Source of the DNA: Pelomyxa schiedti
Taxonomy: Eukaryota > Protista > Evosea
Reading direction: 5' to 3'
DNA: 46,254 nt
Assembly: GCA_020536535.1 (NCBI GenBank)
Contig: JAHLWZ010000509.1
Span: 1-46,254, forward strand
The notes beneath the pieces are model-generated. The model did not search any database. It had not been told where the DNA came from and saw only the letters and a list, made by a program, of their open reading frames with translations. The translations under genes and the position numbers were made by a program. Shown here piece after piece: positions 10,521 to 22,100 of this stretch. The stretch's first letter is position 1, and every line of letters starts with the position of its first letter.

Positions 10521-13257
10521 ATGTCAGTGACGGGTGGGGTAAGCGGCAGTGGGAGTGGTAGTAGCGACAGTGCTTCCGGCGGCGGTAACCATCTTGCCGT
10601 GTTGGACTTCGTGGCGATCGGTGTTTATTTCTTGGTGCTGGGGTGCATAGCTTTTTTCGCGTCCAGACGACGCGGCACTGATCCCACAACTTTTTTCCTT
10701 GCTGGAAGGGGAATCCCTTGGTTCGCTGTTGGAGGTGTTTGACACTGTGGCAGTTTGTTTCTGAATTTAACCCTCTGTTCGTGCAGCGAGTTTATTTTCG
10801 TCAAATATTGGAGCAGAGCACTTTTTAGGGCTGGCTGGAAGTGGGGCAAAATCTGGGATTGCTGCTGCTGGTTTTGAGCTCCTTGCAGGTGCCAATCCTA
10901 CCTTTTTTTTATGTCATTGTTTCTAGTGGGAGTCCTTTGGTTTTTCCTTACTCTGAGAATCAGGTGGACTGTTGTTACTTGTTCTCGGTTGGTTCTTCCT
11001 TCCAGTCTATCAGATAGCTAAAGTATGCACGATGCCGGAATATCTCCAACGGAGATTTGAAAGCAGTAAAATTAAATTTTATCTCTCCGGACTGTCTATG
11101 CTCATTTACATATTCACCAAAACTTCTGTGGCTCTTTATTCTGGAGGAATTGTGCTGTAAGAAGTTTTTCATTCTTTTGGATTCTATTTCTTCCCTCTAC
11201 CCAGAAAGGAAATTGGTGGGTGGAATCCTTATATATCAGCACTTGTGTTGATTGTTGGCACTGGAGCCTACTCAGTAATGGGTGGTCTCAACGCAGTTAT
11301 TTAGTGTGTAGTTTTTCTTTGTCTTTCTATTGTTAATCCTGCTTGTAAGTACCGAGCTTTTTCAAACAGTTACTCTTGTAATTGGTAATTTCAGGTTTCT
11401 TTGGGTGGCAAAAATTAATTTATGAAAAAGGGGGACTTGTATTGATGTCCATCGCCTTTTGGGAGGTATGCCACACTTTTGCCATTGTCCATTATATTAA
11501 CACCAACAAGGTTGGAGGAATGAGTGGCCTTATGAATAACTATGGGATACCAGAATCTTATTTCCATCTCCTTCAGCCAGCCTCAGATCCTGACTACCCT
11601 TGGCCAGGTTGCGCCATGGTTTTTCTGTTTCCTTCCAGTAATATAGATCCCCAGGTATGGTATTTTGCATTTATGCTGGCAGTTTATGGTACTGGTGTGC
11701 AGATCAAGTCATGGTTCAAAGAGCGTAACTTTCCAATCATCCTTGGTCAATCTCTTATTTAAAAACAGGCTGAGTGCAAAAAATCTTGACCATGGGCGTG
11801 CAGGAACAGTCAGGTTATTTTTAAATACTGGAATAGAAATGCCTTACTTATATAGTGCAGCATTCTTGAAGATTTTACCTCTTTTTATGATGTCGTTCGT
11901 TGGGGTTATTGCCTATGCCCTTTACCCTGAAGGTTTTTTTTCCTCCTTTTTTGCTATCAGTAACCTACTCACGTCAATTCAGAGGTCTCCGAACGAGTGG
12001 ATATTGCATACCCCTTGATGGTGGTTCGGTTGCTCCCAAACGGACTGAGAGGAGTTATGGTGTCCAGTATGCTTGCTGCTCTGATGTCCAGGTTCCCTCC
12101 AACTCCACAGTAGTCCCCATACCAATCATTTTTATAGTTTGGCAAGTGTATTCAACAGGTATAACTCGTGGATGTGGAAATTCAGTTCTAAACAAAATTG
12201 CCAGCTGTTCTACACTGTTCACTTTAGACTTGTGGAAGCACGCCAGACCCAAAGCTTCGGAACGTGAGCTTGTTACAGTTGGAAGAATCGCCACAATATT
12301 TATTATCGGCACATCGTTTGCGTGGCTTCCTCTGCTTACAACCTCAACTGATCAACTATTCGTTTGTGTGGCGTTACTTTCAATGTTTTCTATCATTTTG
12401 AGACTTTTTTTTTAGATATCCAATCAGTGAGTAATTACCTTGCTCCACCGATAACAGCCGTTTTCCTTGCTGCAGTTTTCACTACCAGAGTATCTGAAAA
12501 AACTGCCATTGCTGCTCTTGGTGTGGGCTTATTTATTGGACTATGTAGGTTTATTCTAGAGCTCGTTTTTGGATAGTATGTGTTATTTGAATTCTGCTTT
12601 TCTTTGAATGGTTTTGTTAGCTATGACATTCACTGCTTATTCACGGATGTCAATTACCTTTACTTTGGAATGTTCCTCGCAATAGTTTGTGGTGTTGTAA
12701 TTGGTATGGCTTGTTTTTTTGGGCTATTCCTACCCACTCTAACGTTCGAGCAGTTATTGGGTCCATATTGCAATGCCGAGCACCTGCCACTGAACTTCCT
12801 GGACTCACCTGGTGGACGAGAAAAGCTGTTGCTTGCTTTCCCTCTCAATATTTGTTTAACTGGCGTTTAGACCCCACCGCCAGCCACTTCTCCTGCCGTA
12901 ACTGAACCCGGCACCAAGGAGCCTGAGATAGCAACAGAAGTTGTATTAACAGACTCAACGGCTCTGACAGGAGAGGAAGAAGTACCTCTGCCAACACCAC
13001 CGTCCATGGTTAAACGAACTTCCCTGGACGACCAATCACGAAACTTATTGAATACACTTGGTAATACACCTACTGATTCTTTCCTGTGCCAACTAACACA
13101 AACAGAGGTTGAACCTCTGGATTCAAATGCATTTGTCCGGTTCAAGAAGGACTTCTCACACAAGATCAAGCACCTCACAAAACTAAAAATCCTTCTCCTG
13201 GTCTCCAGTGTACTCTACTGTGCAGCCATCACTGTTATCTACATCATTTTTGATTAA
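10521..13257 (+). CDS. Sodium:solute symporter (SLC5/SGLT-like Na+/sugar cotransporter), 16 introns
   Basis: Spliced translation gives [86 protein letters not shown] and [12 protein letters not shown]. All introns are GT-AG. Confidence 0.95.
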
Positions 13258-13366
13258 TCAAAACCAAGAGCTGAGAGATAAAGCTCGTTCTGCCAAAAAT
13301 TTATTTTTTCCAGAGTTTCTAGTGGATGCATTGTAGTTGTGTAGTGTATGATAGAATTGTAAAGGC

Positions 13367-15273
13367 TCAACTGCGTTTGTTGGGTTGCACATTCCAGGCT
13401 GGTGGAACAGGCATCCCAGGGTAGTAGGAAAGCCTGGTGGTTTGCTGATAGCCTCCATACAGAGCATGTGGCACAACCCACCCGGATGTGGGTTGTGTGT
13501 TGATTGTACTTAGTGGAGTTGGGGAGAGAACGGGTGTGTTTGTACTTGTTTGGGAAGCAGAATTTAGTGAACTCTGAAACACTGCAGGACCAGTGGTTGC
13601 TTTGGTGGCCATCACGTTCATTGGCGTCTTGGGCTTGTACTGTGACTACATTAGAAAACGTTGAACTTTTGGAGTGGGGAAGTTTTTACTTGTGTCTTTG
13701 AATCCCGAGAGAGACTGCCGAGGTCTACAAGACGAGCCAAACGGGCTTCTGCTTCAGTCGGTTCTGGTTCCTTTTTGTCAGGGATAATGGACAAAACGGG
13801 TTGTTGTTGTGGGATATTGTACAAAGGGCTGTCTACTATGGGTGCCGGCGTGGGAGGGGCTGGTGTGGATAGCAGGTGTAGTGGAGATGATGTAGGTTGA
13901 GACGGTGTATTAGGGGGTATTGTTAAGGCAACTGACTGTAGTGGTGATGTGACGGCAGGCCATTGGGATGGAGAAACGAATCCAAACTGACTGCCGTTGC
14001 TTTGTGAAACACTATCAGGTGTTCTACTTTAGTCTTAGGTAAAGCGAAGTGATAGTTAAGCACAGTGGATTTCGCGTTGTGGTTTTTATGGAAAGGATGG
14101 TCACTCACTTGTGCGGTACAGAGGAATAATCTGCTTGAGGAGCGATGAGATCACCCAAAAGGTCATCCCAGGGATTGGCTTTTCTTTGAGGAACAGGATC
14201 ACCAGTGAGCATGTCAATCAAGGGTGGTGCCGGTGACTTCACCTCACTGCACACCTTTGCAGGTGTTGTTATCTTAGAGGTGTAGGGAGAAAAACGCCAC
14301 CTGCTCTGGAGCAGTGTTTTCCACACTAGCTCCCTCTTCTTGGGTAAGTTCCTGTTCTGGCTCTTGCTGCGCAGGGGCAAGAGTGTCACCAAACGTGTAA
14401 TCGAATTCCACATTGGAACTGGAAAAACCTATCTCAGGTTCCTCAGTGGCATTTGTTTGCTCCCCAGTAGTGGGTGCACTTGCACTTGACATTTCTAGAT
14501 GGATTTAGGAAAGACTGGGTTCACTGTCACTAACCTGCAATTTCCCGCCTGCACTTGCGTCTCTCCTTTCTAAGGCCTTGCTCATCTGTTACAAGTGTAA
14601 TAATCTTAAGAGCTGTACTTCTCACTGAAAAAGGATTGGATTATGAAAGAATTAGACGAGGTACCATTTCCACCCATGTCTTGGTTATCTTCTTCAGGAT
14701 CAAAGTACTGGTACTTTTTCAAGGGTTCTAGCTCGGCCAATCTATTCCGGCATTCTATTGCGACATCTGCAACACCGTACCGTACGAGATGATCTAATAG
14801 CACTAAGGACTTGAACAAGTGAGTAAGAGACAAGTCTCATGGAAGCCAAACCCGCAGTAAATCAAACCACTTCGAGGACCCTGAAGAGGCACCAGAGAAT
14901 TGAGAAAAAAGAGCACCAATGAGATAAGTGAAATCGTTGCTGTAGAGTATTGGTTGGTTGTTAACATCAGATAAATAGGTGCACACTAGGTTTTTGTAGA
15001 CACAGAGAACTTGTGCAAGACCTCCATTGTAGGCAAATCCCACGAATCAGCTAATATAGTAGCAGTAAATAAATCTGCAATCTCACTACGCACAAGTCAC
15101 CAATTCGAAAGAAAACAGGGCCTGAGGAACTACCTCGTGGTGTTGGTTTTCGTAGCTGCAGTAGATTTCTTTGCACGTGGTTTACGAGGAAGAGGGGGCG
15201 CTTCCTCCTCGTAGTCTGGTTGTGGTTGTTGCACTGGAACCTTGGGTGGTTGATACCTCTTCTTCAACAGCAT
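13367..15273 (-). CDS. ENTH-domain (epsin-related) protein with a Pro/Ser/Thr-rich tail
   Basis: KSLVLLDHLVRYG..ECRNRLAELEPLKKYQYFD..QDMGGNVSEK..LVTDEQGLRKER matches ENTH helices 4-8. The acidic tail contains NPWDDLLGDL. Multi-exon; the termini are approximate. Confidence 0.8.
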
Positions 15274-15523
15274 CGTGTATGTACGACCCGTATTTTATTT
15301 ATTAGTTGTTTTTTGTTATTGATCGATGCAGCATCATCAACGATCCGGGGATCTACTGCGTATTTAGAGAAGAGCGATAGAAAATAGAACTTGGCCCTAG
15401 ACATCAATGTGCAATTGCGCCCTCCTCTATTCTTATTCTCCACGTGGCAGATCGCCCCTGTTCAAAAGGCACCTGTCAAAAAAAAAATCATAATCACAAA
15501 AAAACCCACAACCAATTAGATCC

Positions 15524-16788
15524 ATGTACAAGTGTCTTGTCGTCGTAGCGGTGCTGTGTGCGCTGGCCTTCGCAGATGAAGCCGTTGTCGATAGCAAAGT
15601 CATTAAGTTGACCACGGCCGACTTCGCCGAGAAGACGAAGGAGGGTGTTTGGATGGTGAAATTCTTCGCTCCGTGGTGTGGTCATTGCAAGAAATTGGCT
15701 CCCACTTGGGAAGAGTACGCCAAGGTTTGTTTCCCTACTTTTTTCCGCTTCAAAGTTGTTGTCGTGTCTAACTATCCCTCTTTTTTTGTTCTTTTTTTTT
15801 TCCCTCGTAGCTTGCTGAAGGCATTTACAACGTTGCCGAAGTTGATGCCACTCAGGAGAAGGACCTTGCCACTCAATTTGGCGTTCGTGGATACCCCACA
15901 CTGAAACTCTTTGTCAATGGCGAGGTTTCTGCAGGTTTGTTCCCTCAAAGTTTTTCTCTCCACTTATTCCTATGCAGTTGAGGGTCCCCGCACCATCAAG
16001 GCATGGGTCGACCTTGTTGAGAGCAAGGTACCTGAGATGAAGGGCAAGATCATTGCACCCCCAGCTCCCGCCGCTCCCGAGAAGCCAAAGGAGGCCCCAA
16101 AGAAGGAAGTACCCAAGAAGGAGGCCCCAAAGAAGGAAGAGGGTAAGCTTATGTTGTGCTTGGTGATTTCTAACCCCCCAAAGAGAAGCCCAGAGGACCC
16201 ACTGATGTTGTTATCCTCGACGGTGCCACTTTCGATGAGAAGATCAAGGATGGCGTTTGGTTCGTCAAGTTCTACGCTCCATGGTGTGGACACTGCAAGA
16301 AGCTTGCACCAATTTGGGAAGAACTTGCAACTCTACAGAAAACAGAGGGATCTTTCCACGTTGCTGAGGTTTGTTCCCCCCATCACTATTCATGTTTGTT
16401 ATTGTTGTGCTTCCTGTTTTTCCGGTGATCGAAGGCGTGATGTTCTGTTGATGAACATTTCGTTCAAAAAACACCAGACAATTGTGGCGGATGTCATTAA
16501 TAGATACTTTAATCGTAGAGTGTTAAAAACGACAACCACCTAAACAAATTACAGGTTGATGCCACTGTTGAAACCGCACTTGCTACCAAGTATGCAGTCA
16601 GGGGCTACCCAACTCTCCTTCTGTATGTTTCTTGTTGTTTGTTTTCCCCCGGCTCACATTTCTTTTTTTACAGCTTCAAGGCCGGAGTTCCTGAGCCAAT
16701 CAAGTACCAAGGGGAGAGAACCACTGCGGCGTTCACTGCCTGGGTCAAGGGTCAAATCACCCCACCAGCACAACCCTCCGAACTTTAG
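15524..16788 (+). CDS. Protein disulfide isomerase family protein (signal peptide, two WCGHC thioredoxin domains, C-terminal PSEL)
   Basis: Signal peptide [30 protein letters not shown] and [13 protein letters not shown], each followed by [12 protein letters not shown]-repeat linker. Stop TAG at 16786-16788. Confidence 0.93.
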
Positions 16789-16862
16789 ACTGATACAATA
16801 GATTTTTTGTTTTTTTGTTTCAATCGGGGAAATGTGAAAAAAAAAATCAACTCAAAACACCA

Positions 16863-16944
16863 ATCCCAGATCACTCATTTCCCGATCACTTAATTGGATC
16901 TCATCATCCCAGATCACTCATTTCCCTATTTAATTGGATCTCAT
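16863..16944. repeat. Two tandem copies of a ~40-bp unit in the intergenic spacer
   Basis: atcccagatcactcatttccc(gatcac/tat)ttaattggatctcat occurs twice. Confidence 0.85.
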
Positions 16945-16994
16945 ATCTTCATCTGCTACACCATTTCACTGCGACACCCGGAGATAGCAACAAC

Positions 16995-17760
16995 ATGGAA
17001 CTTTGTCCGTGTACTCATGGTGGTTTCCGAAGGTTTGATGAGAGGAGTGCTGCCCATCCTCACGCTAGGGCGGTGAACGATCGTATACAAGTTGGTCTTT
17101 TTTTTATTGTGTTTATTGTGTATTGCTACACGCTTTAACTTCTTCAGACTTTGTTGAGAGGGCTTCTGCTGTGGGCATGTTCGCCTTGCGACTTGTTCAT
17201 CGTTATTGATAGTGGTCTTGCCCAGTCGACGAAAATGCTATGGAAAGCAGTTGGCCGGGATAGGAAGATTCTGGGAATAAGTGCGAACTGCGATGACGCC
17301 AGAGAACTGGCGGCAGTGCTTGGGGCGAACAACACAATATGTCATACATATGGTTGTGCACTTAGACGATTCCGTTCGCAATGGAGTGATCACGTTCGGA
17401 TGCTATTCTTGGATATGAAAGGATCTTTCTTTGGCACTGAGCGACAGCGAGACCCTCTGCATAATCTGACCAGCAGTAGACCTCGTGATGACTTACGTGA
17501 CACTTTTGCCTGGAGTATTCTTGCATGTATGGGAGAGTTATTCCGTTTTCTTTTACTTACGGCATTTAGCTGACTCAATACTTGCCTTCACGACTTCTGG
17601 TAGTCCGAGTATGACAAGGTTGCAACTTGTACGCACTGTTGGATCATACATAAAATACCTTGGCGAGAAATATGGTTGGATCACCAGGTTCTACGACATA
17701 CACATCAAGGCCTCTAGCAACGTCATTACCTTTATCCTGTACTGCCACAAAAAGCCTTAA
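16995..17760 (+). CDS. Hypothetical protein, possibly a Rossmann/methyltransferase-like fold
   Basis: Three exons join in frame via GT-AG introns: MELCPC..DRIQ / TLLRG..FIVIDSGLAQST..MLFLDMKGSF..WSILA / DSILAFTTSG..FILYCHKKP*. The pattern alternates beta and alpha segments. Confidence 0.5.
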
Positions 17761-17927
17761 AACAAATAAAACCAAAGTGTTTTCCAAGTTTTTTTTTGTG
17801 TTTTTAGCAACAAACGAAAAAGAGAGTTTAAAAACAAAGAAAGAAACAAGTGCACTTGGCATTTCGACAACACAAGTTCGCGGAATAAAATAATCGGGTT
17901 TGGTGCATTTGGTGCGCAGAAACCTAC

Positions 17928-18735
17928 CGTTGGACTTATGGTAATCACATCACAACCCACAAGGTCAAGTACTTGCTTTGTAGTCCTGAAACTCGATGCT
18001 TGCACCTGAGGGGTAGGGTGGCAGTTGTTTCCATGAACATAATTGTAAGCATCACGAGCGAAACCAAAATTTGGCTCTCACCTGGATCCTCCTTGCAATC
18101 TTTTCCCCTTGATGTATGCCAGATATCCTTCCAACAAACGGGCTGGAACGAGAGCAAATCCTCACGCGTAATCCTTCTAGAGTGGCTGCAATTTTGATAA
18201 GAACTCTAGAAGAAAGTCAGGGAGGAAACACTTGGCCTTCAAGAGGCAACCTGCTCCAAGGAATTCCCCTCGCTTCATACTTGACAATTATTTCCCTCGC
18301 TTTCTTTTGGGTGCCTTTTGCATTATATGACAGTCTGGGGTCTAACTCCGTACTAACTCTACCTTTCAAAACTTTGAGCATCTCGATACCAAATCCGATT
18401 ATCCATGGCTTTGCAGACCTAAAACAAAAACCTCAGCATTAACCAAAAGGAGAAGGTCCCACCTTCTCATCTAGTGTACCCTCTTCAGCTTTGACATGAT
18501 ACTGTCAGAGAAAACAAAAAAGTCATTGTAGACAAACTTACTGATAAAAGTGATGTACTCTTCTTGTTTTGACGCTTGGAGAATGAGCGATGGATTGGTA
18601 GACATCAGAAGGATATAAAGGAGCAACGGCGCCGTATTCAGCCGTATCACACCCCTGCCTTTTATTCATAACACGAGCATAGTCAATTGGCGTCCCAATT
18701 CCTACCAAGTGTATACTGCTCGCACTCGGGCTCAT
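17928..18735 (-). pseudogene. tal: Transaldolase pseudogene (frameshifts, internal deletion, missing C-terminus)
   Basis: Motifs DTAEY, STNPSLILQA, GRVSTELDPRLSY, VLIKIAATLEGL (Schiff-base Lys), SPFVGRI and ASSFRT..LVGCDVITISP. Frameshifts at ~18603 and just after GRI (~18122). The GIxCNLTLLFS..ACA segment is missing, and nothing recognisable follows ISPT. Confidence 0.85.
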
Positions 18736-19127
18736 GCCGAGGCTGACGCTCGAGTCGGATATCTTGTTGTGTGACACTAGTAGTGAGTTACAGGTGAGGA
18801 AATTGTTACATGAAGGATGCCCACTTCTCCATCAAATAATAAGTAAGGGATGCTCCTCAAGTGCCATGAACCCACAAGGGGGGGTCTGCGATCTGTAGTG
18901 GGTCTGGAAAACTGTGAGGCGAAGGCGAAAATTGGCAATCTTCCAAAGTCTAAAACCAAACAAAAAAAAAAGACCCGTAGAATCGGGGCGTAGCGCCACA
19001 GTCACCGTAAGATCCAAACGAGGCTCGCCGGACGTCTAACCCACTCGCTTTTTGTTTAAAACACACTGAAGGGGCCGGATCTTAATTCACAACACTCCCG
19101 CTAGAGACGACACAAACAGCATCAGCA

Positions 19128-22100
19128 ATGGCGGCGACACCGGGGTTGTTGGTGTCTGACTCGTGCAATCCCGCCCCGCTCATCAGATGGTGTAACGAGA
19201 CCCTCAAGGCTCGCTCGATGTCAATCAGAGATCTCAGCGATTTGGGTGCGTTCCCGCGGTTTTCGCGGGCCCATTCTGTGGAAACCAACAAACGAAACAA
19301 TAAAAGGAACCGATGGGCTGTCATTGGTCAATTTGGTGGAGGTTCTATCCGGCAAATTGATAAAGCACAATAAGACTCCCAGTGTGTTCGCCAAGTCCGA
19401 TAACATTCAAAGTGCATTGAAGTTCTTGGCTGCAGACAACGTTCAGGTTCCATCATCCCAGTTTCTTATGTTTTAAGCCTGAATGACCCAACTTCTCTCT
19501 GTTCCAGATCAACAATGTCATTTCCACAGATATTACAAAGGGAGACAGAAAGCCAATCATGGTTGTAGTGAGAGCCTTGGTGTTCAGGTCTGAACCCCCA
19601 CTTTGGGTCATCATGTAACCCCTTTTTTTTCTCCCATGTAGGTATCAGATTGGTGCACAAGTAGAGTCCCGACATGGGCGCCGAGCATCAGCCATGTCAT
19701 TGTCATCATCAACCCTCACCGTTGGGAGCAGTTCTCTCACAGTAGAACCCCCTAGGCGATCTTTATCACCAATACCTGGCGCCTCTGCAAGACCAGAGAC
19801 ACCAGCAACACAGGAGCCTCCCAATCTTCTCTTTCGAGCCAAGTCCTTGTTGTTACAGTGGGCACAATTGCGATTACCACAACTTGGAATCCGCAATTTT
19901 ACGACAGGTTTCTTTTCACACTACCGCAAGTTTATTATTATATCTTTATTTTTTCCCTATTTGGATTATAGAAGTATAACAAAATCTACAGATTGGACCA
20001 CTGGCAGAGCCTTAGCTGGACTTGTTGGTATGTGCTGGATTATGTTTTCATTCTTTTCACAAGGGACAAAAAAAGATTTTCTTTGCCCTGGATCGTTTCC
20101 AGGTTACTCAGAGTTAGATGCGCGAGATTCTTTGACTCACCTCAGGGCAGCTATTGACGCTGCTTATGAACACTTGGTTGCTTATGCCCTACCTATTCTC
20201 CTTTCTCATTTCTGACCCATTGCTATCAGCAAATTCCAAAAATCATCGAACCTGAAGAATTTGCTCAAGCGGATGGTAAGAAATTCCTTGTGCTTTTTAC
20301 CAGATATATAATCAACTCTTTTTCTAGTAACAATGAGTAACTTTTACACTCACAGAGGTCTGTGTTATGTGCTATATCTCGTATTTCCGAAATATTGAGA
20401 TAAAGAGAGCTGGCATTATAATTAGCTCTACATCCCCCAGCTTGAGTGATAGTCAAATAGAAATTCCCATTGTTGATGTGCCTGAACCACGCTCTACTGC
20501 CTCTAACTGGGAAACTTTACAATCACACAGCAAAGGAGTTTCCCTTCAAGTCGGGATAACACGCCAGTTGCAGTTGAAACGGAAGCAAGAAGTAGATGAA
20601 GCTTTAAATAGATTAAAAGCTTCAGAGCAGAGCTATGCCCAACTCATGGGAGAGGGTGTTGGTGATCCAGTAACAACTAATCAAATGGATAGCGTGCAGA
20701 GGGCAGCCAAGTTGGAGGAATTGAAGAAAGTGATCACCACAATCAGGGGGGAACTTGTTGTACTTGGGGCAACCCCTGCACAACAAAACTGGAAGGCTGC
20801 CTTCAAAGAGGCATCACAGGAGCACACATTTAAATCCCTCACCCCACCAACCATCACACTGCAAACTTCACAGGAGCACACCCCAAAATCCCTCTCCCCA
20901 AGTATCACGTTGCAAACCTTGCGGGAGTTGGAGGTGAAAAGGGAGGAGATTCAAAAAGAAAGGGAGTTCCGACAAGCTGAGGAAGTTAAACTAAAAGAAG
21001 AAGAATCGCGGTACAAAAGAGAAGAAGAAGCACCCCTGAAGACTTCTGAACTGATATCCGATCAGCCTCAAACCGATACTGCCTCTTCATCACAATCTCT
21101 TTCTCTCTCGCAAGAGAAAGTTGGCCAAACATCGGAAGAAGAAGGCTCGAAACGTTCAAAGAGGGAGGAAGCACTGCTTGAAAAATTGAAGAGATTGAAG
21201 AGAAGAAAAGCTGAGGAACAACGCGTGAATGACGCGCTCAGGGAAAACCAACTCCAGCAACTAATTGATTTGAAACAAGAGGTTTCAATTGTGCAAAAGC
21301 AACTTGAACTTGTAACTAAAGAAAAAGATGTTTTAAATGAACAAGCCAAACGTCTCCAGTATGAACGAGAACAGCACTATTCTCAACTCCTGCAAGCCAC
21401 TCAACAAGTCAAAACCACACTGAAAGAGTCAGATTCCCTCAGAGAGCTCCTCACCCAAATGGATGCAAAGTACAAGAACACCAGCGAAGAAAAGCTTAAA
21501 CTGGAGCAAGATCTGTCAGAACTCCAGGATAAATTGGAGAAAAAGACCCAGCTTGTTATGACAAGAGAGGGTGAACTTGTAGAAGCCGAAAATAGTCTCA
21601 CGAAATTGCGTGAAGAAGGACAGCAACTCTCCAGGGAAATTCTACATAAGGAGGAGGACTGTATTCGGCGATGTGATGCCTTGCAAAATCAGTTGCAAGA
21701 TAAAGCTATTGAAAAAGAGAACCTGAAAAAGCAGCTTCGTGAGACTGAGCAAATGAATTTAGAGCAACAAGCCAAACTGAGCTCACAGGAAATAACGATA
21801 CAGCTGGAGGCAGAGAAATACAACCAAATGTCACTCTCTTTCATACAAGCTCAGAAAAACCTTGAACAACTGCAAAGGTCAGAAGTGGAACTCAAAGATC
21901 AGCTACTCCTTCTTAGTCGACAAACAGAAAATACTGAAGGGCGCCTTCAAGATGAGGCAAGAAAGCTCGTGGAAGCCAAAGAAATCGAGCTTCAGCTGAA
22001 CAAACAGCTAGAAATCCAAATGGAAGCTGCAAACCAGCTGAAGAGAGATGCGGATAACTTGGCAGGGGAGTTGACTCAACTTGCACAAAAATTGAGTGTC

